A DNA stretch of 64,000 bases from Candidatus Krumholzibacteriia bacterium (GTDB lineage Bacteria > Krumholzibacteriota > Krumholzibacteriia > LZORAL124-64-63). Of the stretch, positions 50,964-59,558 are shown piece after piece (position 1 is the stretch's first letter; the number at the start of each line of letters is the position of its first letter). The notes beneath the pieces were generated by a model. That model searched no databases. It had not been told where the DNA came from and saw only the letters and a list, made by a program, of their open reading frames with translations. The position numbers and the translations under genes are program-made. The stretch covers positions 77,631-141,630 of the forward strand of contig JAWOID010000018.1 of NCBI GenBank assembly GCA_046484865.1, given 5' to 3'.

Positions 50964-51938
50964 TCACCCCTCGTCGTAGACGCCCATGGCGAGGAACTTC
51001 TCCTGCCGCTGCCGGACGAGCTGCTCCGGCTCCAGTTCCTCGAGCTCCGCCAGGGCATCCAGGATGAGCCCCTGGACCGTGCGCGCCACGGCCTCGTGGT
51101 CGCGGTGGGCCCCTCCCACGGGTTCGGGAATGATGCCGTCGATGACCCGCAGTTCGAGCGCATCCGCGGCGGTCAGCTTCATCGCCTTGGCGGCTTCCGG
51201 AGCGCGGGCGTTGTCCCGCCAGAGGATGGCGGCGCAGCCCTCGGGACTGATGACGCTGTAGATGGCGTTCTCGAGCATGTAGACGCGGTTCGCCACACCC
51301 AGCGCCAGCGCCCCCCCGCTTCCGCCCTCGCCCGTCACGATCGCCAGCAGGGGAACCGGCAACGACGCCATCTCGCGCAGGTTGCGGGCGATGGCCTCCG
51401 CCTGGCCGCGCTCCTCCGCCCCCACGCCGGGGTAGGCTCCGGGCGTGTCGATGAACGTGATCACGGAACGGCCGGCCCGAGCGGCCAGCTCCATCAGCCG
51501 CAGGGCCTTGCGGTAGCCCTCAGGATGCGCCATGCCGAAGTTGCGCTTGATGTTGCTCTTGGTGTCGCGCCCCTTCTGGTGGCCGATCACCATCACGCGG
51601 CGGTCGCCGAGGAACGCCAGGCCGCCGACGATGGCGGCGTCGTCGCGAAACAGCCGGTCGCCGTGCAGCTCGACGAAGTCGCTGAAGATGGACTGGATGA
51701 AATCGTTGGTCGTGGGCCGGCGCGGATGTCGCGCGAGCTGCACGCGCTGCCACGGTTCGAGCTTCGCGAAGATCTCGGCACCCAGGCGCTCGGACTTCCG
51801 GTGCAACGCCTCGACCTCGTCGGAGACGTCCACGCCGCGCACGGCGGCCGAGTCCTGCAGCCGCTGGATGCGTTCCTCGAGCTCCACGATGGGTCTCTCG
51901 AACTCCAGCCAGATGGTCTTCTTGTTGCGCGGCTCCAT
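50964..51938 (-). CDS. accA: Acetyl-CoA carboxylase carboxyltransferase alpha subunit
   Basis: LEFERPI, ARHPRRP, ELHGDR, FGMAHPEGYRKALR, DTPGAYPG, GEGGSGGAL, YSVISPEGCA. Confidence 0.97.
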   Translation of the reverse strand: MEPRNKKTIWLEFERPIVELEERIQRLQDSAAVRGVDVSDEVEALHRKSERLGAEIFAKLEPWQRVQLARHPRRPTTNDFIQSIFSDFVELHGDRLFRDDAAIVGGLAFLGDRRVMVIGHQKGRDTKSNIKRNFGMAHPEGYRKALRLMELAARAGRSVITFIDTPGAYPGVGAEERGQAEAIARNLREMASLPVPLLAIVTGEGGSGGALALGVANRVYMLENAIYSVISPEGCAAILWRDNARAPEAAKAMKLTAADALELRVIDGIIPEPVGGAHRDHEAVARTVQGLILDALAELEELEPEQLVRQRQEKFLAMGVYDEG

Positions 51939-52007
51939 ATCCTCGCACACGCTGACTGGCGGCGGCCGGCCCGGCCGTCGCCAGGTTCAAGATAAGTCGA
52001 CCGCCGC

Positions 52008-52036
52008 ATTTAGGCACGCGTCGGGCGGGGTGTCAA
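52008..52036 (-). promoter_or_regulatory. Possible sigma70 promoter of accA
   Basis: Perfect TTGACA, then N17 and a weak -10 (CTAAAT). Confidence 0.4.
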
Positions 52037-52087
52037 GGCGGGAAGGCGCCGCACGAGGCAGACCGCCGGGCCCGCCTCGCGGTCCGA

Positions 52088-52702
52088 TCAGCGCGGGCCG
52101 GTTCCCACGCCCACGTCCGGATCGGTCTCGCTCCAGACGATCCGCTCCTCGTCGGCGACGAAGAGGGTGGAGCCGAGGCCGGTGGCGGCCCAGCTCGGCG
52201 GCTTGACGTCCACCCGCCAGGCGACGAAGCGACCGCCCACCTCGGAGCCCATCACCGCCACCTCGACGCCTTCGACCAGCGCTCCGGGGTTGGGTGCCTG
52301 GTCGGCCCGTCCGATCCGGCAGAAGGACGGGATCTCCACGTCGCGCGGACCGACCTTCCAGCCGGTCGCGCCCCGCTGCAACGTGCCGGCAGCGTAGGAC
52401 ATCGACGGGAGACTATCGAACCGTGGTGGCACCTTGCGTTCCAGGGGCGTCTTGACCCGCACCTGCTTGCGTCCCCAGGCCGCGGCCGGGGAAGCGCTGG
52501 TCAGCACCGCCGCCATCCCGCCCAGCGCGAGCACGAGCAGGACGCCGGTGCGCACCGCGAAGCGGCGTCGGACCGCTCCACCGCCGTCCCGACCGCGTCG
52601 AAGCGAGCGGGCGCGTCGCGCCGCAACGGCTGCGTCCGCGAGTCCACCCGCGGTGGCCGGGCGGCACCGCCGCCTGTGACCCGTCTCGAAGGCGTTCGTC
52701 AT
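52088..52702 (-). CDS. Hypothetical exported protein (small beta domain, possibly DUF5666/OB-like)
   Basis: GGGAGG RBS, signal/TM segment ending AAA|W, beta-rich core; 46 bp downstream of pilY1. Confidence 0.6.
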   Translation of the reverse strand: MTNAFETGHRRRCRPATAGGLADAAVAARRARSLRRGRDGGGAVRRRFAVRTGVLLVLALGGMAAVLTSASPAAAWGRKQVRVKTPLERKVPPRFDSLPSMSYAAGTLQRGATGWKVGPRDVEIPSFCRIGRADQAPNPGALVEGVEVAVMGSEVGGRFVAWRVDVKPPSWAATGLGSTLFVADEERIVWSETDPDVGVGTGPR

Positions 52703-52748
52703 GACCTACCTCCCGCTGAACGAACTCACGACCGGATGGCGACCGCCG

Positions 52749-55484
52749 TCACTCTGCCGGTGCCGGGCGCGTCACGTGGTCGTAGCTCTCATGCCAGGCG
52801 CGCACCAGAAGACGCGCGTAATCGACGCCGATGTCCTCGACGTGGATGGAGGAATCGCTGGACTGGATCACCACCGTGCCGTGGGCGAGATCGATCACCG
52901 GCTCGGAGGCGATGCCTTCGCCCAGCGAAACGTCGCGACCGGTGGGTTCCTCGCCCGCATAGTTCGGCACGCCGCCGTCCTCCCAGTGCATCCGATATAG
53001 CCATGACTCGCCGCCCGACACGCAGGCGAGGACGGTGGGAGCGTACGACGTGAAGATCACCGTCTCCGCCACCACCAGCGCCGGCTCGGTCACCCGTTCG
53101 CCCTCCCGGTGCCAGAGATCGACGTACCAGCCCGGCGCGTCGCCGACCACGCGGATGCTGGTGGTCTGGTCCACCAGTTGCCGCGGCGTCACCGTGCTGC
53201 CGTCGTGCCGGTCACGGATGCAGTAGAAGCTGTTCTGCTCCAGGGTGATCATGTCGTCCTCGGCCAGGTAGGCGCCGGTGCCGAAGTAGACCCGCACCTC
53301 GCCGTTGTCCCCGTACGCGGCCGCGGGCCGCGCCGTCACCGGCAGGCTGCCCGCGAAGAGCTGGGACACGACCCAGTTGCTGGGGCTCGCGCCGCTGCGC
53401 AGGTCGATCCGCCACAGGTTTCCCAGCAGGTCGGCCACGTACGCCAGATCCATCTCACCGTCGAGGTCGAGATCGACCACGCCGGGCGCCGTGGCCTTGT
53501 TGCGGCCGCTGCGGGCGGTGCTGAGGAGCTTGCTGCCGAGCAGGTTGCCGCTGTCCAGGTCGAAGGCGTGGACCTGGGCCTTGTAGGCGACCTCGTCGAG
53601 GCCGGAGCCCACCAGAACCGTGCGGTGGTTGTTGATCTGGCAGATCACCGGCGTCGAGGTGAACGAGAGGCCGTCCGGAACCACCTGCTGCCAGAGCAGC
53701 ACGGGGTTCTCCGGCTCGGTGATGTCGAACGCGAAGACGCCGGGACCGCCGCGACCCTGGCTCCCGACCAGCACGGTCCGCCAGACGCCGTTCAGGCGGA
53801 CGTCCTGCACGGCCACGGTCTGGTCGCAGGTGTACGAGTGGCAGTAGAGCGTGTCCGCCACCACGGGCAGTTCCGGCAGGACCGCCTCCGGCACGAACGC
53901 CCAGGCTTCGTGCCCGTCGGCGGCCCGGAAGGCGTGCAGCATGCCGTCGTTGGCCTCGACGTAGACCATCGCCATGCGATCGCGGTGGGCCTCGTAGAAG
54001 GCCTGGTACTCCTCGTCGGGCGAGAAGTTGGCGGGCGCGCCGACGACCACCGGCGTGGCGTGCACGATGTCTCCCAGCACCCAGCGCGCGTGAGGGCGCA
54101 GGCCGTCCACGTCCTCGCCCAGGGTCCAGCGGATCACCCGGGCGGCCTCGGTCGCGTCGGCCACCCCCATGGGTGCGGCCAGCGTGCTCGCCGAACCTGG
54201 CGAGAAGTCGATCACGTTCGAACCGAGGGCCGTGAAGACGTCGCGACTGCCGGGCGTCCGGTCGTAGAGCAGCTCGCCGGCCTCCCACACGGGAGTGTCG
54301 CCCGGCTCGTAAGGCAACCGGAAGCACTCGAGGTAGCCGTGCCAGTCCAGCGGCATGAACTTGCCGCGGAAGAGATAGTCGCCGTCCTGACGCTCGGTGG
54401 AGACCACGGCCACCGCCGAACCCGAGGAGATGCGCCGGATGATGTCCTGCAGGGCATAGTCGATGCTCTGGACCAGTTCCACCGCGTTGGAGGCGTGGAA
54501 GAACAGACCGTCGCCGTTCGTGGCCGTGTCTCGCAGGAGCGGCGAGTCCACGTGGAAGCCGACCACGTACGTGGAGACCGTCTGCGTGTCCGGCAGGTCG
54601 GGACGCAGATCCACATTCGCCAGCCACCACGCCACGTCGTCCATGTGGTCGCTGCAGTTGTCGCTGAGCGGATTCGGCGCCCCGATGCTCGCGCAGTCGC
54701 CCGGATCATTGCCGTCCCCGTCGGCGTCCCAGAGGTAGCTGCTGACCTCGGTGTCCATGGTCGGATGGCCGTCGGTGACGATGATCAGGAAGTTCTTCTG
54801 GCACTCCGACTCGATGACCGCGTTGGACCCATCGTCGGTGAAGTAGTCGAGGATGGTCTCGAGGGCCTCGCCCGTCGGCGTCCACGCCACGGCGGTGATG
54901 CCCTCGATCTGAGCGTGCAGCGAGGACGGGTTCACGCCGCACTTGCCGATGATGCTGCCGCCATGGTCGTTCTGGTACACGGTCAGGCCGAACCGGAGCC
55001 GTCGCGACCGGTCGAGAATATCGTGGAGGATGAGCTTCAGCACCTGGATGCGCGTCACGACCGGAAGCTGCAGACGCTGCAGATCGGTGGCATGATAGAA
55101 GATCCAGTTGAGATAGTTGCCCTGGTAACGGCCCGCCTTGCCATTGTCCGAGTCCACGAACCACGCCACCGGTGCTGTATCGAGACCTGCGATGAAGGAG
55201 GCCGGGCTGCGCGTGCCGTCGCTGGCCACGAAGTACGTGGCCCCGGTCACGAACGGTCCGCTGTAGGCCGTCTGCGCATCGTATCCCGGGTGGTAGATGG
55301 CCTCGTTCATGGATCCGGAGTTGTCCGCGAGGATCATGACGTTCGCGCCCACCATGCTCTGCATCACGAAGAGTGGCGTTTCGCACTCCTGCGCGGTCGC
55401 GGCGGAGATGGGCAGGAACAGCACGCAGGCCGCCAGGACGACGGCCGAGGACCATGGCACATGGCGAGATACGTTTCCGGACAC
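52749..55484 (-). CDS. pilY1: PilY1/PilC-type pilus adhesin with vWA domain
   Basis: vWA MIDAS (ADNSGSM, TPT, TDG); LGDIVHATP, ANDGMLHAF..G.EAWAFVP, DLDLDGEMDLAYVADLLGNLWRIDL, YFGTG, GWYVDL...GERV. GTG 55484 with GGGGAGG RBS. Confidence 0.9.
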   Translation of the reverse strand: MSGNVSRHVPWSSAVVLAACVLFLPISAATAQECETPLFVMQSMVGANVMILADNSGSMNEAIYHPGYDAQTAYSGPFVTGATYFVASDGTRSPASFIAGLDTAPVAWFVDSDNGKAGRYQGNYLNWIFYHATDLQRLQLPVVTRIQVLKLILHDILDRSRRLRFGLTVYQNDHGGSIIGKCGVNPSSLHAQIEGITAVAWTPTGEALETILDYFTDDGSNAVIESECQKNFLIIVTDGHPTMDTEVSSYLWDADGDGNDPGDCASIGAPNPLSDNCSDHMDDVAWWLANVDLRPDLPDTQTVSTYVVGFHVDSPLLRDTATNGDGLFFHASNAVELVQSIDYALQDIIRRISSGSAVAVVSTERQDGDYLFRGKFMPLDWHGYLECFRLPYEPGDTPVWEAGELLYDRTPGSRDVFTALGSNVIDFSPGSASTLAAPMGVADATEAARVIRWTLGEDVDGLRPHARWVLGDIVHATPVVVGAPANFSPDEEYQAFYEAHRDRMAMVYVEANDGMLHAFRAADGHEAWAFVPEAVLPELPVVADTLYCHSYTCDQTVAVQDVRLNGVWRTVLVGSQGRGGPGVFAFDITEPENPVLLWQQVVPDGLSFTSTPVICQINNHRTVLVGSGLDEVAYKAQVHAFDLDSGNLLGSKLLSTARSGRNKATAPGVVDLDLDGEMDLAYVADLLGNLWRIDLRSGASPSNWVVSQLFAGSLPVTARPAAAYGDNGEVRVYFGTGAYLAEDDMITLEQNSFYCIRDRHDGSTVTPRQLVDQTTSIRVVGDAPGWYVDLWHREGERVTEPALVVAETVIFTSYAPTVLACVSGGESWLYRMHWEDGGVPNYAGEEPTGRDVSLGEGIASEPVIDLAHGTVVIQSSDSSIHVEDIGVDYARLLVRAWHESYDHVTRPAPAE

Positions 55485-55569
55485 GTCGGGCCTCCCCGTG
55501 GTGAGGGCGAGGGCGAGCAGGCGCCGGCCGTGGGCTTTGCCGGCAGAATCCGACCTCTTCGGCCATTCC

Positions 55570-55585
55570 TGCAATAAGGGTGCCG
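55570..55585 (-). promoter_or_regulatory. sigma54 promoter of pilY1
   Basis: CGGCAC-CCTTA-TTGCA, 86 bp upstream of the GTG start. Confidence 0.75.
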
Positions 55586-55613
55586 GGATGGAAGAAAACC
55601 CGCGGCGGGAGCG

Positions 55614-58600
55614 CTACTGGGCCACCATCCGCATCCGCTGCTGCTGCACGGGGGGTGGCAGGGTGACTCGCAGGCGGACCGAGCGCACGCCGGGCACCTC
55701 GCGCAGGCGGCGCAGGCTGTCCAGCGTCAGCGCCAGGTGGCGGCCGCTCGATCGCAGCAACCAGCTGCGGCCGGCGCGGCTGGTATCGACCACCAGAGGC
55801 ACGGGGCGAGCGAGACCGACCGCCGTCGCGTCCGGGCCCTCGGCAGCTTCTTCCGCCCGGGCGCCCGGCCCCGGCGCGGCCGTCACCCGACGTGCCGCCG
55901 CGGGCGCCCCGCTCGCGGTCCGGTACGGGCCGGCGGCATGGCCCGCCGCCCCGCCCGCGAGCAGCGGGTCGAGGTCGATGCGATTGAGCGGCGGCAGCGG
56001 CGTCGGCCGGCCGAATTCGGTCAGGAGGGACTCCAGTTCGCGCAGACCCGCCCCGCCCAGCCGGTCGAGGTCGAGACTCACCAGCAGTTCGTCGGTCCAG
56101 CAGCCCAGGACCTCGTCGATCCGGGTGACCCGGTCCGCCACCAGTTCCCGCTGTCCATCGGACCGCACCTGCACGCGGCCGCCCACCACCAGGACCGAGT
56201 CGCTCTCGATCAGCGGCTTCACCTGCTCCCACAGACGCGAGTAGACCGTCACTCCCAGCATTCCGGTGCGATCCTCGAAGTGGCAGCGCGCGTACACCCG
56301 CTTGTGACGGTCGCGCGCCCGGGTATGGGACGTGATCACGCCCAGCAGATCCACCCAGGCACCGTCGCCGCGGCTGGCGGCGCCGCTGGCGGTGCCCACG
56401 TCGAGCGCCTCGATCAGCTCGTGATACTCCTGGAACGGATGGCCCGAGAGGAAGAACCCCACGGCCGCCTTCTCCATGCTCAGCCGCACCAGCGGATCGA
56501 ACGGCGGCGACTCCTCGAGCACCGGCCGCAGGGTGGCCGCCGCGCCGCCGTTGCCGCCGAACAGCGAGTCCTGGCCCCCCTCCCGGTCCCGCGCCACCTT
56601 CTGGCCGTAGGCCAGGGCGCGGTCGAGGTTCACGATCTGGGTGCGCCGGCCGCCGGGCAGCGCATCCATGGCGCCGGCGTGGATCAAGGCCTCCAGCACC
56701 TTGCGGTTCACCTTCTGCAGGTCGAGGTGCTCGCAGACGTCGAACAGGTCGATGAAGTCGCGGCCGAGCGCTTCCCGCGCCGCGGCGATGACGCCGATGG
56801 CCTTGGTGCCCACGCCCTTCACTGCGCCCATGCCGAAGACGATGGCGCCGTCGCGCACTCCGAACTCCGCCCGCGGATGGTCGATGTCCGGCGGCCGGAT
56901 GGCCAGGCCCATGACCTTGCACTCGTCGATGAGCTGGGTGATGCGCTCGGCCTTGCGCATCTCGGTGGTCATCGTGGCGGCCATGAACTCGGCCGGATGG
57001 TGCGCTTTCAGCCAGGCGGTCTGGATCGAGAGCACGGCGTAGGCGGCGCTGTGGCTCTTGTTGAACCCGTACTGCGCGAAGTGGGCCATCTCCTCGTAGA
57101 TCTCCCGGGCTAACCGCTCGTCGTAGCCTCCCGCCCGGGCGCCCTCGAGGAACTTGACCTTCAACTCCTCCATCATCTCGATCTTCTTCTTGCCCATCGC
57201 CTTGCGCAGCGTGTCGGCCTGGCCGAGCGAGAAGCCGCCCATCTTGGACGCGATCTGCATGACCTGTTCCTGGTACAGGATCACGCCGTAGGTGTCGCCG
57301 AGGATGGCTTCCAGATCGGGATGCTTGTAGGTGGTCCGCTGGCGGCCGTGCTTGCGCTCGACGTACACCTCGTCCATCCCCGCCCCCAGCGGACCGGGAC
57401 GGTAGAGCGCGTTGATGGCCGTGATGTCGTCGTAGCTCGTGGGCCGCATCTTGCGGACCAGCTCCTGCATGCCGCCGCTCTCGAGCTGGAACACGCCCAC
57501 GGTGCGCCCCTGTTGCAGCAGCGCGAACGTTGCCGGGTCGTCCAGCGGAATCTCCGGCGGCGCGAGTACCCGGCCTGTGGTCTCCTCCACCAGCTTGAGC
57601 GCCTTGTCGATCACCGTCAGGGTGCGCAGGCCGAGGAAGTCCATCTTCAACAGGCCGAGCTTCTCGGCCATCTTCATGTCGAACTGGGTGGTGACGTCGC
57701 CCTTGGTGCTCTTGTACAGGGGGCAATGGTTGACGAGCGGCGTGGGCGTGATGAGCACGCCGGCGGCATGGATGCCCGGGTTGCGCTTGAGCCCCTCGAG
57801 CACCAGCGCGTTCTCGATCAGCCGGTCGTAGAGCGGGTTCTCCGCGCGCAGCTCCTTCAGCCCCGGCGCCTCGTCCAGCGCCTTCTGCAGCGTGATGCCG
57901 ATCTCCTCGGGCACCAGCTTGCTGATGCGGTCGGCGTCCTGGAAGCTCACGTCCAGCACGCGGGCCACGTCCTTGATGACCGCGCGCGCCGCCATGGTGC
58001 CGAAGGTGATGATCTGCGACACGTTGTCGCGGCCGTACTTGTTCTCGACGTAGCGGATGATCTCCGGACGCTTCTCGTAGCAGAAGTCGACGTCGATGTC
58101 CGGCATCGAGATGCGGTCGGGGTTGAGGAAACGCTCGAAGAGCAGCCGGTTCGCGATCGGATCGACGTCCGTGATGCCCATGCAGTAGCAGACCAGGCTG
58201 CCGGCGGCGCTGCCTCGTCCCGGCCCCACCGGGATTTTGCGCCGCCGCGCGGCGTCGATGAAGTCCCAGACGATCAGGAAGTAGCCGGCGTAGCCGGTCT
58301 GGCGGATGATCCCCAGCTCGTACTCCAGACGTTCGCGCAGCTCGCCGGTGATCTCGCCGTAGCGTCGGCTCAGACCCTCGCGAGCCAGATGCTCCACGTA
58401 GGCGTCGGGGCCGGCGAACCCGTCGGGCAGGGGGAATTCCGGCAACAGCAGGCGGTCCGTCTCGAGCTCGAAATCGACGAGATCCGCCACTCGCAGCGTG
58501 TTCTCGAGCGCGTCGGGCCAGTCCTGGAAGAGCTGTCTCATCTCGTCGGTGGTCTTGAAGTAGACCTCCGGCGTGGCCGACTTCCAGCGCGCCTCGTCGC

Positions 58601-59348
58601 TGAGCGTCTTGCCGGTCTGGATGGCCAGCAGGATGTCGTGCGCCGCGAAGTGCGCCCGCTCGAGGAAGTGGCAGTCGTTCGTCGCGACCAGCGACACGCC
58701 GATCTCGCGCGCGACCTTCGGCATCAGCTGGCGGACCTTCTCCTCCTCCGGCAGGCCGTGATTCTGGATCTCCAGGAAGTAATGGTCGGGTCCGAGGATG
58801 TCCCGGTACTCGGCAGCCGCCGCCACCGCTGCCTCCATCTGGCCGCGCGCGAGCAGGGCATTGGGCTCGCCCGCGAGGCAGGCGCTGAGGCCCACGAGCC
58901 CATCGCTATGGGCGGAGAGCAGCTCCTTGTCGATGCGAGGCTTGTAGTAGAAGCCGTCGAGGTAGGCGAGCGAGGCGAGCTTTACCAGGTTCCGCCAGCC
59001 CTGCGCGTTGCGCGCGAGCAAGACCAGATGGTGGTTGCGCTGCGCGTCCTTCGTGGAGCGGTCCGCGTGGTTGCGGGCGACGTAGGCCTCCATCCCCAGG
59101 ATGGGCTTGACGCCCGCCTTCCGGCAGGCCAGGTAGAACTCCACCGCGCCGAAGAGATTACCGTGGTCCGTGAGCGCCAGCGCCGGCTGTCCGAGCACCG
59201 CGGCCTTCTCGACCATGCTCCGGATCTTCATCGCGCCATCGAGCAGCGAGTAATCGGAGTGGTTGTGCAGGTGCACGAATCCGGGCCCGACGGGGCTGCC
59301 GCCGCCTGCCTTGCCGTTGCCACTCGATTCGCTGCTGGATGGGGTCAT
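55614..59348 (-). CDS. dnaE: DNA polymerase III alpha subunit
   Basis: FVHLHNHSDYSLLDG PHP domain, GPGRGSAAGS, MPDIDVDF, KMDFLGL, YGFNKSH, OB fold; no intein seen. Confidence 0.98.
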   Translation of the reverse strand: MTPSSSESSGNGKAGGGSPVGPGFVHLHNHSDYSLLDGAMKIRSMVEKAAVLGQPALALTDHGNLFGAVEFYLACRKAGVKPILGMEAYVARNHADRSTKDAQRNHHLVLLARNAQGWRNLVKLASLAYLDGFYYKPRIDKELLSAHSDGLVGLSACLAGEPNALLARGQMEAAVAAAAEYRDILGPDHYFLEIQNHGLPEEEKVRQLMPKVAREIGVSLVATNDCHFLERAHFAAHDILLAIQTGKTLSDEARWKSATPEVYFKTTDEMRQLFQDWPDALENTLRVADLVDFELETDRLLLPEFPLPDGFAGPDAYVEHLAREGLSRRYGEITGELRERLEYELGIIRQTGYAGYFLIVWDFIDAARRRKIPVGPGRGSAAGSLVCYCMGITDVDPIANRLLFERFLNPDRISMPDIDVDFCYEKRPEIIRYVENKYGRDNVSQIITFGTMAARAVIKDVARVLDVSFQDADRISKLVPEEIGITLQKALDEAPGLKELRAENPLYDRLIENALVLEGLKRNPGIHAAGVLITPTPLVNHCPLYKSTKGDVTTQFDMKMAEKLGLLKMDFLGLRTLTVIDKALKLVEETTGRVLAPPEIPLDDPATFALLQQGRTVGVFQLESGGMQELVRKMRPTSYDDITAINALYRPGPLGAGMDEVYVERKHGRQRTTYKHPDLEAILGDTYGVILYQEQVMQIASKMGGFSLGQADTLRKAMGKKKIEMMEELKVKFLEGARAGGYDERLAREIYEEMAHFAQYGFNKSHSAAYAVLSIQTAWLKAHHPAEFMAATMTTEMRKAERITQLIDECKVMGLAIRPPDIDHPRAEFGVRDGAIVFGMGAVKGVGTKAIGVIAAAREALGRDFIDLFDVCEHLDLQKVNRKVLEALIHAGAMDALPGGRRTQIVNLDRALAYGQKVARDREGGQDSLFGGNGGAAATLRPVLEESPPFDPLVRLSMEKAAVGFFLSGHPFQEYHELIEALDVGTASGAASRGDGAWVDLLGVITSHTRARDRHKRVYARCHFEDRTGMLGVTVYSRLWEQVKPLIESDSVLVVGGRVQVRSDGQRELVADRVTRIDEVLGCWTDELLVSLDLDRLGGAGLRELESLLTEFGRPTPLPPLNRIDLDPLLAGGAAGHAAGPYRTASGAPAAARRVTAAPGPGARAEEAAEGPDATAVGLARPVPLVVDTSRAGRSWLLRSSGRHLALTLDSLRRLREVPGVRSVRLRVTLPPPVQQQRMRMVAQ

Positions 59349-59413
59349 CGGTCCTCGTCCCGGCCGCCCTGGTGAACGTTCCGTGGTGCGACGGTGGTGC
59401 CGTCGCGCGCTCG

Positions 59414-59442
59414 AATCTAGCAAGCTGCGCCGCGGCCGTAAA
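59414..59442 (-). promoter_or_regulatory. sigma70-type promoter of dnaE
   Basis: TTTACG-N17-TAGATT with extended -10 TG. Confidence 0.55.
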
Positions 59443-59558
59443 CGCACTCGTCATGACCACGCCCACGTCGCCGCGACCGGGGGTCGCCGGCGTCGATCGC
59501 CGCCCTGGTCGCGACGGCAGCGGCCCGCCCGCAGGGCAACGGGCCCTCGGCGGCCGTT

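Noticed and set aside
45727..50979. Very long plus-strand ORFs (1750 aa here; also 30493-35190, 27809-31429, 41046-44519, 23972-26983)
   Set aside because: They are antisense shadows of well-supported minus-strand genes, expected in high-GC DNA, with no recognisable motifs.
55614..59348. Intein or split in dnaE
   Set aside because: Length and motifs are continuous; there is only an Ala/Pro-rich C-terminal insertion.
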